Assembly: GCA_014905635.1 (NCBI GenBank)
Contig: JABVCE010000007.1
Coordinates: 992,001 to 1,056,000 of the forward strand
Source: Scenedesmus sp. PABB004
Taxonomy: Eukaryota
Length of the DNA: 64,000 nucleotides
Direction: 5' to 3'
The notes under the pieces are model-generated. The model was not told the origin of the DNA, did no database searches, and worked only from the letters and a program-made list of their open reading frames with translations. This document shows, piece by piece, positions 34,872-48,100 of this stretch; within the stretch, counting starts at the first letter, position 1, and each line of letters opens with the position of its first letter. Both the position numbers and the translations under genes were made by a program.

Positions 34872-37800
34872 GCGGCGCACGCGTGTCCTCAAGGAGCGCA
34901 CGGCGCAGCGCCCCGAGCCGGCGGCGCGCCGCACTCACTCTGCTCGTCGCCGCCCGCCGCCTCAAGCGCCGCGGTGACCGCCGCCTCGAGCGCGGCGCGC
35001 TGGCGCGCCTGCTCCTGCATGGCGCGCTGCGCCGCCTCGCGCAGGCCCAGCACAAAGGTGCGCAGGGCGTAGTAGACGGACTGCGGGTGCATCTGCGCTC
35101 GCACGCGCCGCGGGGCAGGCGCGGCGTCGGAGCCGTGGCGCCGCGGCGGCCAGCACCTGCTGCGCGGCCGGCGGGCGCGCGCCGCCGGCGCACCTCGGCG
35201 AGCTGCTTGAGGATGGGCTTGACGCGCGCCGCCTCTGGCCGCGTGAGGCTGGTGAGGAGCTGCGGGATCCACATGAACCATATCCACGGCGCCAGGCTGC
35301 GCGCGTCGACGGCCTTGGACACCTCAGCGCCCACCAGCCCTGCGCACGCGCGCCGGCGGCATCGGGCGTCACGCTGGGCGCTGCGCGGCGGGGTCCGCCG
35401 GCCCCCGCCCCTCCTCTCCGCTGCTCACCCTCGCGGTCGTCGAAGCTGAGCAGGTGCAGCAGCCTCGGAAGCAGGTCCAGCGCGCAGGCGAGCGCCTCCT
35501 CGCTGCGACCCTTGCCGCCGCCCGCTTGCAGCGGCGCGGTGCTCAGCGCGATGCCTTGGACGTAGCAGTGCGCAGCAAACTGCAGCATCTGCAGCGCCGC
35601 GGGGCCCTGCATGCGCGCGAGTAGTGAGGGAGCGGGACGGGGGTGCGGAAGTGTGCGTGTGTGTGTGTGGGGGGGGGGGGGGGGGGGTGGGGCAGCGCGT
35701 GCAGGCGCAGCGCGCTCGGCGCGCCGGCCCGTGCGCGCCGGCCGCGGCGCACGTGCGGCGCTTCCTCGTAACGCGCGTCGCACAGCTGGCCCCAGCTCAG
35801 CCACGCGTCAGGGCACTGCCGCCACAGGCACAGGGCGGTCGACAGCGCGCTGTGCGCGCCGTCGAGGTCGTTGAGCCCCGGCTCCGCCATGAACAGCGCC
35901 TTGAGCCTGGGGGGCGGGAGGGAGGGCAGGCGTCATGCTTAGCGGCGGGGCGGAGGGGCGGGGAGGGGCGGGGAGGGGGGAGGGGGGGGGCAAGAGGCCG
36001 AGGGGGCCGCCGTCCTGCGCCCCAGAGGCCGCGGCGCGGCACCTGAAAATCTCTGCCTGGTGGTGGTGGGCAAAGTAGTCGAGGTTGGTGGTGTTCAGCA
36101 TGTTCAGCCCTGGGGCCGGCGGCAGAGGCAGAGGCGACGGTCGGACATGGGCGCCGGCGCGCGCTGGCAGCTGCGGCGGCGGCCGTCGCACCCGCGCGCA
36201 GGTCGTGCGGCAGCGCCAGGTAGGCGCGCGCCTGCTCGCGGATCTTCACAAACGCCTCCTGCACCTGCGGCGGCGGCGTGGGCATGGGCGCGGGCGCGGG
36301 CGCGTGCGCGGGCGCGTGCGCGGGCGCGCGGGGCGCGGCGCACCTCCATGGCGTTGTAGCCGTACATGTTGTTGATGATGGTGATGCACGTCTCGGGGCA
36401 GCCGTGCCTGGCGGGCGGGCAGGGCGGCGGGCGCGGGGGTGCCCGGGGGTGCGGTGGGCCCGCGCGCAGCCGCGCGCCGCAGCGGCGCCCACGGCGGCGC
36501 CCACAGCGCGCGCCGCGCGTGAGCGCGGCGCGGGCGCACTTGTACGCGATGTGGCCCAGCTTGTTCACGCTCCACGCCTTGTCCTTGTAGCCCATCTGGT
36601 GCAGGTGCGGCGCGACCTCGGACATCGCGTTGAACGCGCTGATGACGACGTTGTAGATGTGGTTGCGCCACAGCAGCACGTCCTGCCAGTGCGTCAGGCT
36701 GTCCCACTCGTTGGGCGTGCGCAGCCTGCGCGCGCGTGGCCGGGGCGCAGCGTCAGCGGCCGAGTGCGCGGGCGTGGCGTGCGCCCGCGCGCGCGCCCGG
36801 CCCGCCCGCGCGGGCGAGGCGGCCCCTGCAGCGCACCGCCACGTCTCGAGGATGTCCTTGGTGTCGCTGTACTGCCCATCGTTGCGGCCCGTCTGGTGCG
36901 TCACGTCGCGCAGCACGCGCCCGCTCTCGCGCAGCTCCACCAGCTGCTGGAACTGCTGCAGCAGGCCGAGCTGAGGCGCGCAGCCCGTGTCGGGCAGCTG
37001 CGAGCGGCGCGCGCGGCACGCGTCAGCGGGGAGGCGCGCGCTCGCAGGCGCAGCGCCGCCGCCCCAGCCGCCGCGCGGCGCACCTGCCACCACTTGCCCA
37101 GCGCGTACTGGAAGCCCTTGTCGATGTGGGCCGAGGCGGACTGCCAGGCGGTGCGGCGCGGCAGGGCGTGAGGCGCGCCGAGGGCGGAGCGAGCTTCAAC
37201 TAAACGGCCCGCCACGCGCGCGCGCAGCGCGCGCAGCGCGCGCAGCCCCCCCCCCCCCCCACCCACCTCGGTGTCCACCTCCCGCAGCGCCGCGTACGCG
37301 GCCAGCAGGCAGGACGAGACGGCGGGCTCCATCTGCGTGCGCGCGCGGCGGCGGCAGCGTGCGCGGGCGCGGCGCCGGGGCGACGACGCGCGCGGGCGGC
37401 GGCCGCGGCACGCACGCCGGGCGCCCGCACCTGCCCGGCGTTCTGTGCCAGCATGCCGGCGAGCGCCTCCCAGTCGTGCAGGCGCCAGAGGCAGTCCATG
37501 GCCAGGGGCAGGGCGTCCGTGGCGCGCGCGTACTCCGCCAGCATGTCCCACTGCGTCAGCGCCTTGGTGGCAGACACCCAGCTGTCGACCCACAGCACCA
37601 TCTCACCCCGCGGGACCTCGCCGCCGCCGGTCTCGCCGCGCGCAGACGGCTGCGTGCGGCGCGGTCCGAGCGGTGACTGGGCGGGCACACGGCGCGGGGG
37701 GGGGGGGGGGGGAGGGGGGGGGGCTCGCGCGCCCGGCGCGCACCGCGATCTGGCCCGCCGCCACGCCGCCGTTGAGGTCGGCCAGCACTGCCTGTGCGCG

Positions 37801-39139
37801 CTCCACCATGCCGAGCTGCAGCAGCGACAGCGCCACGCGCGTGCTGGGATGCGCGCAGCGGCGGCGCCACAGGCCGGCCATCATGTCCTCGTCGCCCACC
37901 TGCCGCACGCGGCGCGGCGGTCAGGCGTGCGCGCTGCGCGCGCGCTTGCGGCCCCGCGCGCGGCGCCTGCACGGCGGCACGCACGAGTCTGTAGAGCTCG
38001 GCGAGCGCGTCGAAGCAGCGCGTCTCGTCGGGGAAGATGATGACGTGGCTCTCGAGCAGCGGGATGGCGATGTGCCACGCGTTGAAGGCCTTGCCCAGGA
38101 ACTTGATGAGCTCGGGCGGGATCTTGGGCTGTGGCTGGCTCAGGCTGATGCCCTCCAGCAGCGCCTGCGTGCGCATGGACGGCCGGCGCGCCGCGCGAGC
38201 GTGAGAGGCGTGCGGCGCGCGGCGCGCGGGTGCGCCGACCCGCGCCCTGCGCAGCCGCGCGGCCGCCGCCCGCACCTGCACCACGTTTGGCCGCGCCATG
38301 GCCTGGCGCTGGTGGTACTCCTTGCTGAGGAGGCTGATGATGGGCTTGGCTAGGTTGATCTGCTGCTGCTTGGCCAGCGTGGCCCAAACGATGGGGAACA
38401 CCAGCACCCACAGGTGGTACGCCACGTACGGGTCAACCTGCGCGGCGCCGCCGCGCGCGGCGTCACCGCGCGCCCTGGGCGTGCGGCCGCCCCAGCGGGC
38501 AGCGGTCCCCCCTCCGCGCGGCTCACCTGCGCATACTCGCGCAGCGGGCCCATCATGTTCCGCACGCTCAGCTGGCCCATGCCGCCGAGGAAGTCCAGGT
38601 GGCTCGCCAGCAGCGCGCGGACGCCCTCCGGCACCTCCGCCTCGCTCAGGGCGATGGCCAGCGGCGGGCTGGCGGCGCCGCCGAGCTCCAGCTCGAGCGG
38701 CGGCGGCGCGGGGGGCTTTGCCGCCGCCGCGGCAGCCGGCGCGGCGGCCGCCGGCGCTGCCGGCTGGGCCTCCTGCTGCGCCGCAGGCAGCGCACTGACG
38801 CCCTGCGAGTGCACCGGCTGCAGCGGGGCCAGCTGCGCCGCCGAGGCCTGCTGCTGCAGCGCCCCGCCGCCCGGCTGCGCCGCTGCGCCCGCCGGCGCCG
38901 CGCCCGCCACCGCAGCGCCGTCCGCGGCGTCGACCTCCATGGCCGCCGGGCCCGCGGCCGGAGGCTGCTGCGGCTGCCCGGCAGCAGTCGCGGGCGCGCC
39001 GCCGCCGGCGGAGCTGTCACCGGCCCCGGCGGCCGTGGCCGCCGTGGGCTGCTCGGCTGCGGGCGGCGCAGCGCCGCCGTCGCCGGCCCCCGCGGCGCCG
39101 GCGCCCGCTGCTGCAGCGGGCGGCTGCTGCGCCCGCAGC

Positions 39140-39175
<36 letters not shown>

Positions 39176-42100
39176 GCCGCCGCCGCCGCCGCCGCTGCCT
39201 GCTGCGCGGCTGCGGCCTGCGCCGCCGCCTGCTGCTGCAGGCTGGGGTTGAACACGTTGGTGCGCGTGCCGGGCAGCAGCGGCGGCGCCTGCGCCGAGTT
39301 GGGCGCCAGCATGATGGGGTCGGCCTCCTTGAGCACCGCCAGGATCAGGTCGAGCGCGCTCTTCAGCCAAAACGTGCCGCTCATGCTCTGCCACTCCTGG
39401 CTGCAGATGATGAAGTGCAGCCGCTCAAACAGGCCCGCCGCGATGAACCTGCCGCGCGGGCGGCGGCGCGGCGGCGCGGCTGGGCAGCGGCGCGGCGGGC
39501 GCAGGGCCCGCGCCGCGCGCCGGGCCCTGCGCGGCGCGCGCGCGCCGCCCGCACCTGTCATACAGCGCGAAGTAGCGCCGCCGGCGCGCGGGGTCGGCGG
39601 CGCGCAGGCCCAGCAGGAAGAGGCGCTCGACCTTGCTGAACACCTCGTCCGGCAGCTCCTGCGCGGGGCGGCGGCGCGCGCGGCGCGGTGAGGCGCGCGC
39701 TCCTCGACGGCAGGCCGGCCGGCCCCGGGGGCGTGCCCCTCGGTGCGCGAGCCGCACCGCGGGCAGCGTCGTGCTGGTGCAGATGCCATACACAATGTCC
39801 AGGAACAGCGCGTGCCAGCGCCCGCAGCTCGCAGGGTCGGCGTCAAAGCGGTCCTGCACGTACGCCAGGCGCTGTAGGAGCAGCACCGCCTCCTTCACCG
39901 TCATCAGCTGCGGGGGCAGCGTCAGCCACTCCTGGTACAGCAGCTGCGGGCGGTGCGGCAGGGACAGGATGGGGGTCGAGCGTGTGGCGTGGCGCGCCCG
40001 CAGCAGGTGCAGGTGCAGCGGCAGGGGGGGGGGGGGCAGCGCCGGCAGCGCGCCGTCGGCGGCACGAGCCCCGGCGGCGGCGGCGCGGCGCGCGCACCAT
40101 GATGCGCATGAAGAGCAGGGGCTCGTTGTACTTGGCGCCATTGGCGGTGATGATGATGATGATCGCCTGCAGCATGCTCTTCTTCAGCTCGCCCGCGCCA
40201 AACGCGCGGCTGCCGATCGCGACCAGGCACGCGTCAAGCACCCAGGCCACGGTGCCGTACTCGGCAGCGGGCAGGTCGCCCGGGCCGGCGGCCGGCTCGG
40301 GCGGCGGCGGCGGCGGGCCCAGCAGCGCCGCGGGGCTCGGCGCGGGCTGCGGGGGCTGAACGGCCGCGCCTCCGGAAGCGCCGGCGTCGGCCGCTGCTGC
40401 GCTGGCGCCCTTGCTGCCGGGCGGCTCCTTGTCGGGCTGCGCCGCGGCGGCCGCTGCCGCGGCGGCCGCCTCCCTGCGGCGCGCCAGCGGCAGCGGGTGG
40501 GGTGAGGGCTTGGGCGCCGGGGCCGCGGAGGCCACGGAGCGCTGGGACCCCAGCGCCCCGCAGCGCCGCCGGCGCCCCCGTCCCACCTGTTGGCCTTGGC
40601 CACCTGCTGGTAGTGCCGCTGGTGCATCTGACCGTTCTGCGCGTTGGCGCACACGTCGCGCGAGCACCTGCGGCGCGGGCGGGGCGCGACGGCTGCGTCG
40701 CCGCGGGCTGTCCAGCAGGGCCGCGCGGGCGCGGCGCATGCACCGCACGGCCGCTCGCGGCGGCGCGCACCGGTTGAGCAGCTTGACCAGGGCAGGCAAG
40801 TGCGCCGCCGCGGTGCTCTCCGGCGCCGCGTCGTGCACCGCCGCCAGCACGCGCAGCGCGCAGCATGCGCCCAGCAGGACGTCGCTGCTGTGGTACACGG
40901 CCTCGGGCGGCGCGGGCGGCTGCCCCGGCGCTGCCGGCGCCTGCTCGTGCGACACCATCTGCGGTGCGCGCGGGGCAGGTGGGCTGGCGAGCAGGGCGCA
41001 CTCCTGGTCCTCAACCCTCAACCCATCCACCACCCAGCGCCGGCGCGAGGCACCACGCACCAGCAGGCTCTGCTGCGGGTCGGTGGCACGCGCCAGGTGC
41101 TGGCGCACGTGCTGCAGCACCGCCGCCTGCAGGGCCCAGACGTCCGGGTCCAGCCCTGCCGCAGCCGCGCCTGCCACGGGCGCTGCTGCCTCGCCGCCCG
41201 CTGCGCCTGCCGCCGGCTGCGCTGCTGCCGCGCCGTCCGCGCCCGTGGGCGCCTGCGTGGGGCCGGGCGCGGGGCCGGGCGCGGGGCCGGGCGCCGGCGG
41301 CGCCACAGCGACCGCGGGCGCGGCGGTGGCGGGCGTGGTCGCGGTCGCCGGCGCAACGGCGGGCGTGAGCGCCGCCGGCGCCGCGGGCGCGACCGCCGCC
41401 AGCGCCGCCGCCGTGGGCGAGGCGGGGTTGGGCCCGACCGCCGGCGCGCCGGGCTGCACCGCCGCGTCCGCCGCGGCCTGCAGCGGCGCGCCCGCCGGCG
41501 GCGGCAGGGGCGGGAGACCGCCTGGCCCCGTCGCTTCGCCGCCCACGCCTGGCTCCTGCTTCACCACCGCGGCGCCGGGTGCGGCGCCGGGGCCCGCCGG
41601 CGGCTGCGCCGCCGCCGGAGCCGCCTGCAGCTGGTCGCGGGGGTTTGCCTCCTGCCAGGGCTGCAGCGCGAAGAGCTTGCCGACGACGCTGCACATGAGC
41701 GCGACCACGTGGCCGGCGCGCAGCTTGAAGCAGGGCGCCAGCAGCAGCAGGAAGTCCTTGGCGGCACTGCGCGCCAGCAGGCGCGGCTGCGCGTCCAGCC
41801 CCCGGCTCAGCACCTCCCAGCCCGTGATGAGGGCGGGCATGGGCGACTTGCTGGCCTGGGCCTGCGGGCGGGGAGGGCAGTGCGCGCGCCATGGAGGAGT
41901 AGTGGTGAGGCGGGGGCGGCGGGAGGGCCCGCCCCGCACGCGCGCGCCCCACCTGCAGCAGGCGCTCGAGGAACGCGCTCATGCGCACGGTGACGTGCGG
42001 GAACAGCGCCAGCGCCTGGCTCAGCAGCTTCAGGGTGTGCTGGTGCAGCGCCTGCACCAGCGTGCGGCGTCGACGGGTGGGCGTGCGGCAGCGGGCGCGG

Positions 42101-45100
42101 GCGCGGGCGGTCGCCGCGAGCGGCGGCGCCCCTCGGCGCGCCCAGGCACCTGCATGTCCCTGTCCTTGTCCTGCCCCTCCCCGATGAGGAAGGCCATGCG
42201 CACGAGGAAGTTGACCAGCACGTGCTCCATGTCCGCCGTCAGCACAAAGTCGTCGTCGCCCTGCGGCGGCTGCGGCGGCTGCGGCTGCCCAGGCTCCGCC
42301 TTGACCGCGACCGCGCCGCCGCCCTCCGCCTTGATCAGCTTGGTAGGCGGCGGCGCCTGGCGCGTGCCGGGCGGGCCGGCCGCCGCTGCTGCTGCGTCGC
42401 GCGCGGCGCCAGGGGCGTCAGGCATGTCGGTGTCGCGCGGGGAGCCCGGCTGCGCCTCGCCAGCAGCTGCGTCCGAGTCGGGCCTGGCCCGCTTGCGGGA
42501 GTCGCCTGGCGACGAGCCCGCTGGCTTCGGGCTGCCGCTGCTGGGGTCGCCGCCCGCCGCCCTGATGGCGTCCCGGCGCTGCGCCTCCCAGGCCAGCAGC
42601 AGGCCCGCGAGGTCCAGGGAGAGCTTGCGGTTCTCGAGGGACGCCTGCGGGGCGCGGCGGCCATGGGCATCACAGCAGCCCGGCGGGCGCCTCTGCCGCT
42701 GCGCGGGGTCGGCGCGGCGCGGGGCCGGCGCGGCCGGCAACCTGCTGCGGCATGCCGATGCGCGAGAGTGTGTTGATCATCTGGCTCATGAACTGCGCCC
42801 GGCTCTCGTAGAAGACGTCGGGGTGCCGCACCACCAGCTGCCACAGCTGCAGCAGGTTGCTCAGCGTCCCGCTCTCGTCCAGGACCTGCTTCTTGGCGTA
42901 CCTGTGGGCCGGCGCCGCGAAGCGCGATGTGGGCACGCACCAGGAGGGCGCGGGCGCTGCGCTGCGTGCCGCCGGGCCGGGCAGCGCGCTCACCTGACCC
43001 AGATCACTTTGCCGTCGTCGCCGCGCGTGCCCAGCTTTTCCACCAGCGTCGGCACCAGGGCGTCCAGCACCTCGCGCATCAGCCCCTTGCGCGGCTCGAG
43101 CTGCGTCACGCGCAGCAGGCTCACCCACACCTGGCATCGGTCGAGCGGCGGCGCGGCGGGCGGCCTCAAGGTCGGCAGGAGCAGACGAGCGGGAGCAGCA
43201 GGGCGGGCGCCGACGACCGGCTGCGACTGCCCGCGCCGCCCCACCTGCGCCACCATGCGCTCGATGCCCGCCGAGCGCGCCTTGCCCTTTTCGGCGCCGC
43301 CCCGCTCGCCGCCAGCCCTGTCCGCGCCCCTGTCGCTGCCGGCGCCGGGCGCCTTGCTGTCGGAGCCCGCGGGGCCCTTGTCGCTGCCGCCGGGGCCGGG
43401 GCCGCCGCCGTCGCCGGGCTGGCTGCCACGGATGGCCTCGCCGCCGCACAGCGGCAGCAGGTGCACCGTTGCGAGGAAGGCCCAGTGGCGGCAGGGCGAC
43501 TCGTCAGGGACCTGCGGCGCGCGCGCGTCGCGGTCAACCAACGCGTTGCGCGCCGCGCGCCAATCCCCTCCCCCCCCCCCCACACACACACACACACACC
43601 GACCCGCGGGCAAGCAGCCGCGCCGGCACGCTGCGCCGTCGCTTCGGCCGCGCGCGCCCCGCCCACCTTGAGGTGGTGCCAAGCGTGCTTCATGAGCACG
43701 TCCCGCAGCGCCTTGTTGGCCGCGATGGCCGGGGTGGCCGCCTTGATGAGCTCCACGCACAGCTGGAGCATGCGGATGCGAAGCGCCTCGCCTGCGCGCA
43801 GCCGCGGCGCGGTCGGCAGGCGCGGCAGGGCAGGCACGCGGGGGAGCCAGCGCTCGTCGCTGGCCCACGCCACGCACCAAACATGCCGGCGTGCGCGTCG
43901 GACGTGCGGAAGACTCCGCACAGCGTGTCCAGCACCTCGGGTGTGAGCAGCTGCTCAGCCTTGCCCTCCGCAGCGCTCGCGGCCAGCAGCGGCAGCACGA
44001 GCTGCCCCAGCAGCGCGCACTGCACCAGCTCCGCGTGGCTGCCCGTGCCTGGCGTCCAAGGGCGACGGGGGGCGGCGCGCGCGGCATGTGAGCGTGCGAG
44101 GCGCGGGGGCGACGGGCCCGCGCCCGGCCGCTGCCTCGGCCGGCGCGCGCGGCCCACCAGCGGTGAAGATGTTGGGCGCGCCCGCCGCAATGGCCGCCTG
44201 GCTGGCCGCCGGCAGCGCGGCGCAGAAGGCCCTGAAGCGCGCTGCCCAGCCCAGCAGCAGCGCGCGCTGGTGGTCGTGCGCGTACGTCTTGGCCACCGTG
44301 GCGGTCACGTAGTCCGGGATGAGCGCCATGTCAACGCTGGTGCGGTGCTGCGCACCACCACCCCGGGCGGTGGCGGGCGGCGGCGGGCGGCGGCGTGAGC
44401 GGGCGGCGGGGTGCCACCCCGCCCCCTCCACCCGCACCCACACGCAACCCGTCCCGCGTTTGCGCAGGGCGGGCAGCAGCGCCGCCGCCCTGCAGCAACA
44501 GCACAGCGCTGCACCCACCCCAAGCGCGTCAAAGAGGTCCAGCAGCGGCTCGCTGAGCTCGTGGTGCGACGCGAGGTAGACCAGCAGGCAGCGCGCCAGG
44601 CGCGGCGCCTCCAGCAGCTGGCCGCGGGGGAGCAGCGCCTCGCGCGCCATGGGCCGCTGGTGGCGCACGAGCGCCGCAGGGCGTGGCAGGGTCAGTGCGC
44701 GGGGCGGGCGGCAGCGGCGGGCAGCGCAGCGCGACGCACGCAGCGCGGAGCCCGCCATCGGCGGCGGCAGCGACGCCCCGCACCGGCGCGCGGCAGGTGC
44801 TCCGCCAGCGCGCCCAGAGCGCGTCAAACAGCTTCGGGCAGCCCGGCAGCCAGTCTGGCTGCAGCTGCGCCAGCAGCTCCACCAGCTGCACCACGCGGTG
44901 GATGGTGGCGGGCTGCGGCGCAGCAGGCGCCGCCGCCGCGGGCTGCGCTGTGCCGGCCACGGCCGCCGCGCCGCCTGCGGGCGCCGCGCCGTCGGCAGCG
45001 CCGCCGCCAGCCGCCGGCGCAGCTGCGCCAACGGCAGCCGCGTCGGGCTCCCCCGCGCCCCCCTGCCGCTCCGCCGGCGCGCCGGCCGGCCCGCCCCGGC

Positions 45101-48100
45101 AGCGCCCTCAGCGGCCGCGCCCTGCGCCACGGCGGGCCCGGCCTCCGCCGCAGCTGCCGCCGCTGCGCCCGCTGGCGCGCCCGCCGACGCGCCCGTCGCT
45201 GCACTGCCTGCGACGCCCAGCAGCGCCAGCAGCCGCTCGCCGCTCGCGGCCAGCTGGTCGCGCAGCGGCCCTGCGTCGGGCATGTGGAGCAGCGCCGAGA
45301 ACGTGTTGAAGTAGCTCGCGCTGGTGAGGCGGGCGGGGTCCAGGAAGTACGCAACGCCCTCGGCGGGGTACCTGCGCAGGCGCGCGCGCCGCCGCGGCCG
45401 AGAGGCGCGGCCGAGGGCGCGTCTGAGGGCGCGCCGCGGCGCGGGCGGCGCATCCCAAAGGGGGGGGGCCTTTCACTCCCGCCGCCGCCGCACTTGTTGA
45501 GGTACTTGAGCAGCGGCGGGCGGTACTCGCTGGTGAGGATGCGCGGCAGCGGCTGCGTGGCGGCGGGCATGCGCGCGAGGCGCTCCTCCAGCTGGATGGT
45601 GAGCACGACCAGCCCGAGCTGCCCCGGGCCCTGCGGGCCGCCCGGCGCGTGTGCGGGGTGGGTCTCCAGGAACTTGACGGCCGTCTTGGGCAGCCGCCAG
45701 AAGAGGTCCAGCACCGCCGCTGCGATGGCCACCTCCTCGCCTGGTCGCGCGCGCCGGCGGGCAAGGCAGGCAGCGCAGGCGGCGTGACGGCCCGGCCGGG
45801 CTGCGGCGGCCCCGGGCTGCGGCGGCGCCCGGGCTGCGGCGGCGCGGCGCGCGGCAGCCCGCGCACCCGACTTCCACTGGAACGGCCCGCTCTGCAGCAG
45901 CGTGTCGGGGTCGAGCCAGTTTTTGAGGTGCTCGATGAGCCGCTCGCCGAGCGTGAGGTTGAACCAGTCGCTGAGCAGCTCGAGCAGGCGGCCGAGGCCG
46001 TGCAGCAGGCGCAGCGTGAGGCGCCGGTAGTCGCCCAGGTGCTGCAGTATGGGGCGCAGGCTGTTCTGCAGCAGGTGCTTGGGGATCTTGCTGGTCGCCA
46101 TGATGCCCGCCAGCCCGCGCCGCGCGGCCGCGTGGATCGCGGGGTTGTCGCTCACGAGGCAGCGGAAAAAGGTGGACGTGATCTCGTCGCGCAGGCCCTC
46201 CGCCTGCGCACGCGGCGCGCAGCGCAGCGGCAGCGCAGCGCAGCGGCAGCACAGCGGCAGCGCGCGGGCGCGGCGCGTGAGCGGCGCGGCGCGTGAGCGG
46301 CGCGGCGCGGCGGCGCCTGGCAGCGCGCTGCGCGGCGGCGCGCGCGCGCGCGGAGCGCGTGCGGAGCGCGTGCGGAGCGCGTGCGTGGCCGCCCCACCCA
46401 CCGGGTAGGTCCTGAACTCCGACCAGCCCATGAGCACGTCCAGCAGCTGGATGCACGCGACGCGCAGCTCGCTGAGCAGCGCGAGCGTGAGGTGGCGCCC
46501 CGGCAGGCGGCTCAGCAGCAGGCTTTCCTCCTTGTCGGCCAGGGCGTGTGCCTCCTTGCCCGCCGCCACCACCTCGGGGCCGGGCGTGAACAGGGCAGGG
46601 TCGACGCTCAGCGCCCACGCGAGGGCAGACACCTGGCCCATGACGACCTGCACGCTCTGCGCGAGTTTGGCGGGGCGGGGCGGGGCGGCGGGGCGGGGGG
46701 GGGGGGGGGGGGGGGTAAGGTTCAGGAGGCGCACGCGAGAGCGCAGCGCCGCACGTGCAGGCAGGCGGTTCCTTCCGCGCCGCACACGCGGCGGCGCCGC
46801 CAGCGCGCCGCGCACCCGCACGGGCAGGATGCGGCGCGCCACGAGCGGCGGGCTGAGCCCCGCCAGCACGGGCGCCAGCCACACCCCCACAGGCACGCCC
46901 AGCTGCTGGCCGAGCAGCGTCACGGCGCCAATCGCGGTCGCGCGGCTGCGCTGGCCGCTGTTGGGGTTGAGCACGACGCCCAGCAGCACGTCGGCCACCT
47001 CGGACGCCCACGACGCCACGGCGCGCGTCACCGCGTCAGCTGCGGGGCCGGGGCGGTCAGGTGAGTGGGGCCGCTGGGCAGCAGAGGGCCTCGCGTGCGG
47101 CCGCAGCGCCAGCGCCCCCCACTCGCCCCCCGCCCCTCCCCGCGGTGCCCCTCGCCCCGCACCCTTGTCCAACTCGCTCTTGGGCCGCGGCGCGGCGGGC
47201 TTGGCGGCAGCCTCCTTGCCGCCGCTGCCGCCGGCGTCGTCGCCGCTCTTGTTGCCGCCAGCTGCCGCCCCAGCGGCGGCGGTGCTGCCAGCAGCCGCCG
47301 CGTCTGCGGGCTGCTCGGCAGCACCGGCCTCGCCGTCGCTGCCACCGACCGGGCTGGCTGCTGGCTGCTGCTCCCGCTCGCCGGGCGTGGCCGCCGCCGC
47401 TGCGCCATCAGTCTCCATGGCCACGGCAGCCTCGCCCGCGTTGGCTGTCGCGGCCTCGCCGACCGCCTGGTCGCCGCCAGCCCCCGCCGCCGCCTCGCCG
47501 CCGGGGGGCTGCCGCTGCGCCGGCTGCGCTTGGTGGCTGCGCCGCCGCCGCTGGCACGCCGGCCGCCTTTCCTGCCGGCGGCCGGCGCGGACTCGGGCGC
47601 TGCTGGCGGCTCCGCGTCGGCCATGTCGGCGTCTGCCTCGCCCCCGCCCGTGCCTGCTGCCCCGGTCGCAGGCTGCTCGCTGCCACCGGCAGCCGCCGCG
47701 TCGGCAGAGGTGGCGGCTGCGCCGCCCGCCGGCGCCGCGGCGGCCTGCTCTGCTGCCGCGGCAGCCGCGGCGGCGGCCGCCGCCTCCGCGTCGGCCGCCT
47801 CGCGCTCGGCAGCTTCGGCGCGCTCCCGCGCCGCCTGCTCCTCGGCCGCCGCAAGCAGGGCCTCGGGGATCTGCTCCCGAGCGTAGCACTTCTGAAGCAG
47901 CTGCGCCAGCGTCTGCTGCGCCTCCTCCAGCTCCACCGTCGAGTGGTCGGGCAGCCACCGCACGACCGCCAGCAGCGCGCGCAGCAGCTGGGGCCCATGA
48001 CAGCGCAGGTAGCCGGGCGGCAGCTTGTGGAGCAGCAGCTTCACGGCCGCCATCCCGCCCAGCCGCGCCGGCCAGGGGTCGTCCCAGCAGCAGTGCAGCA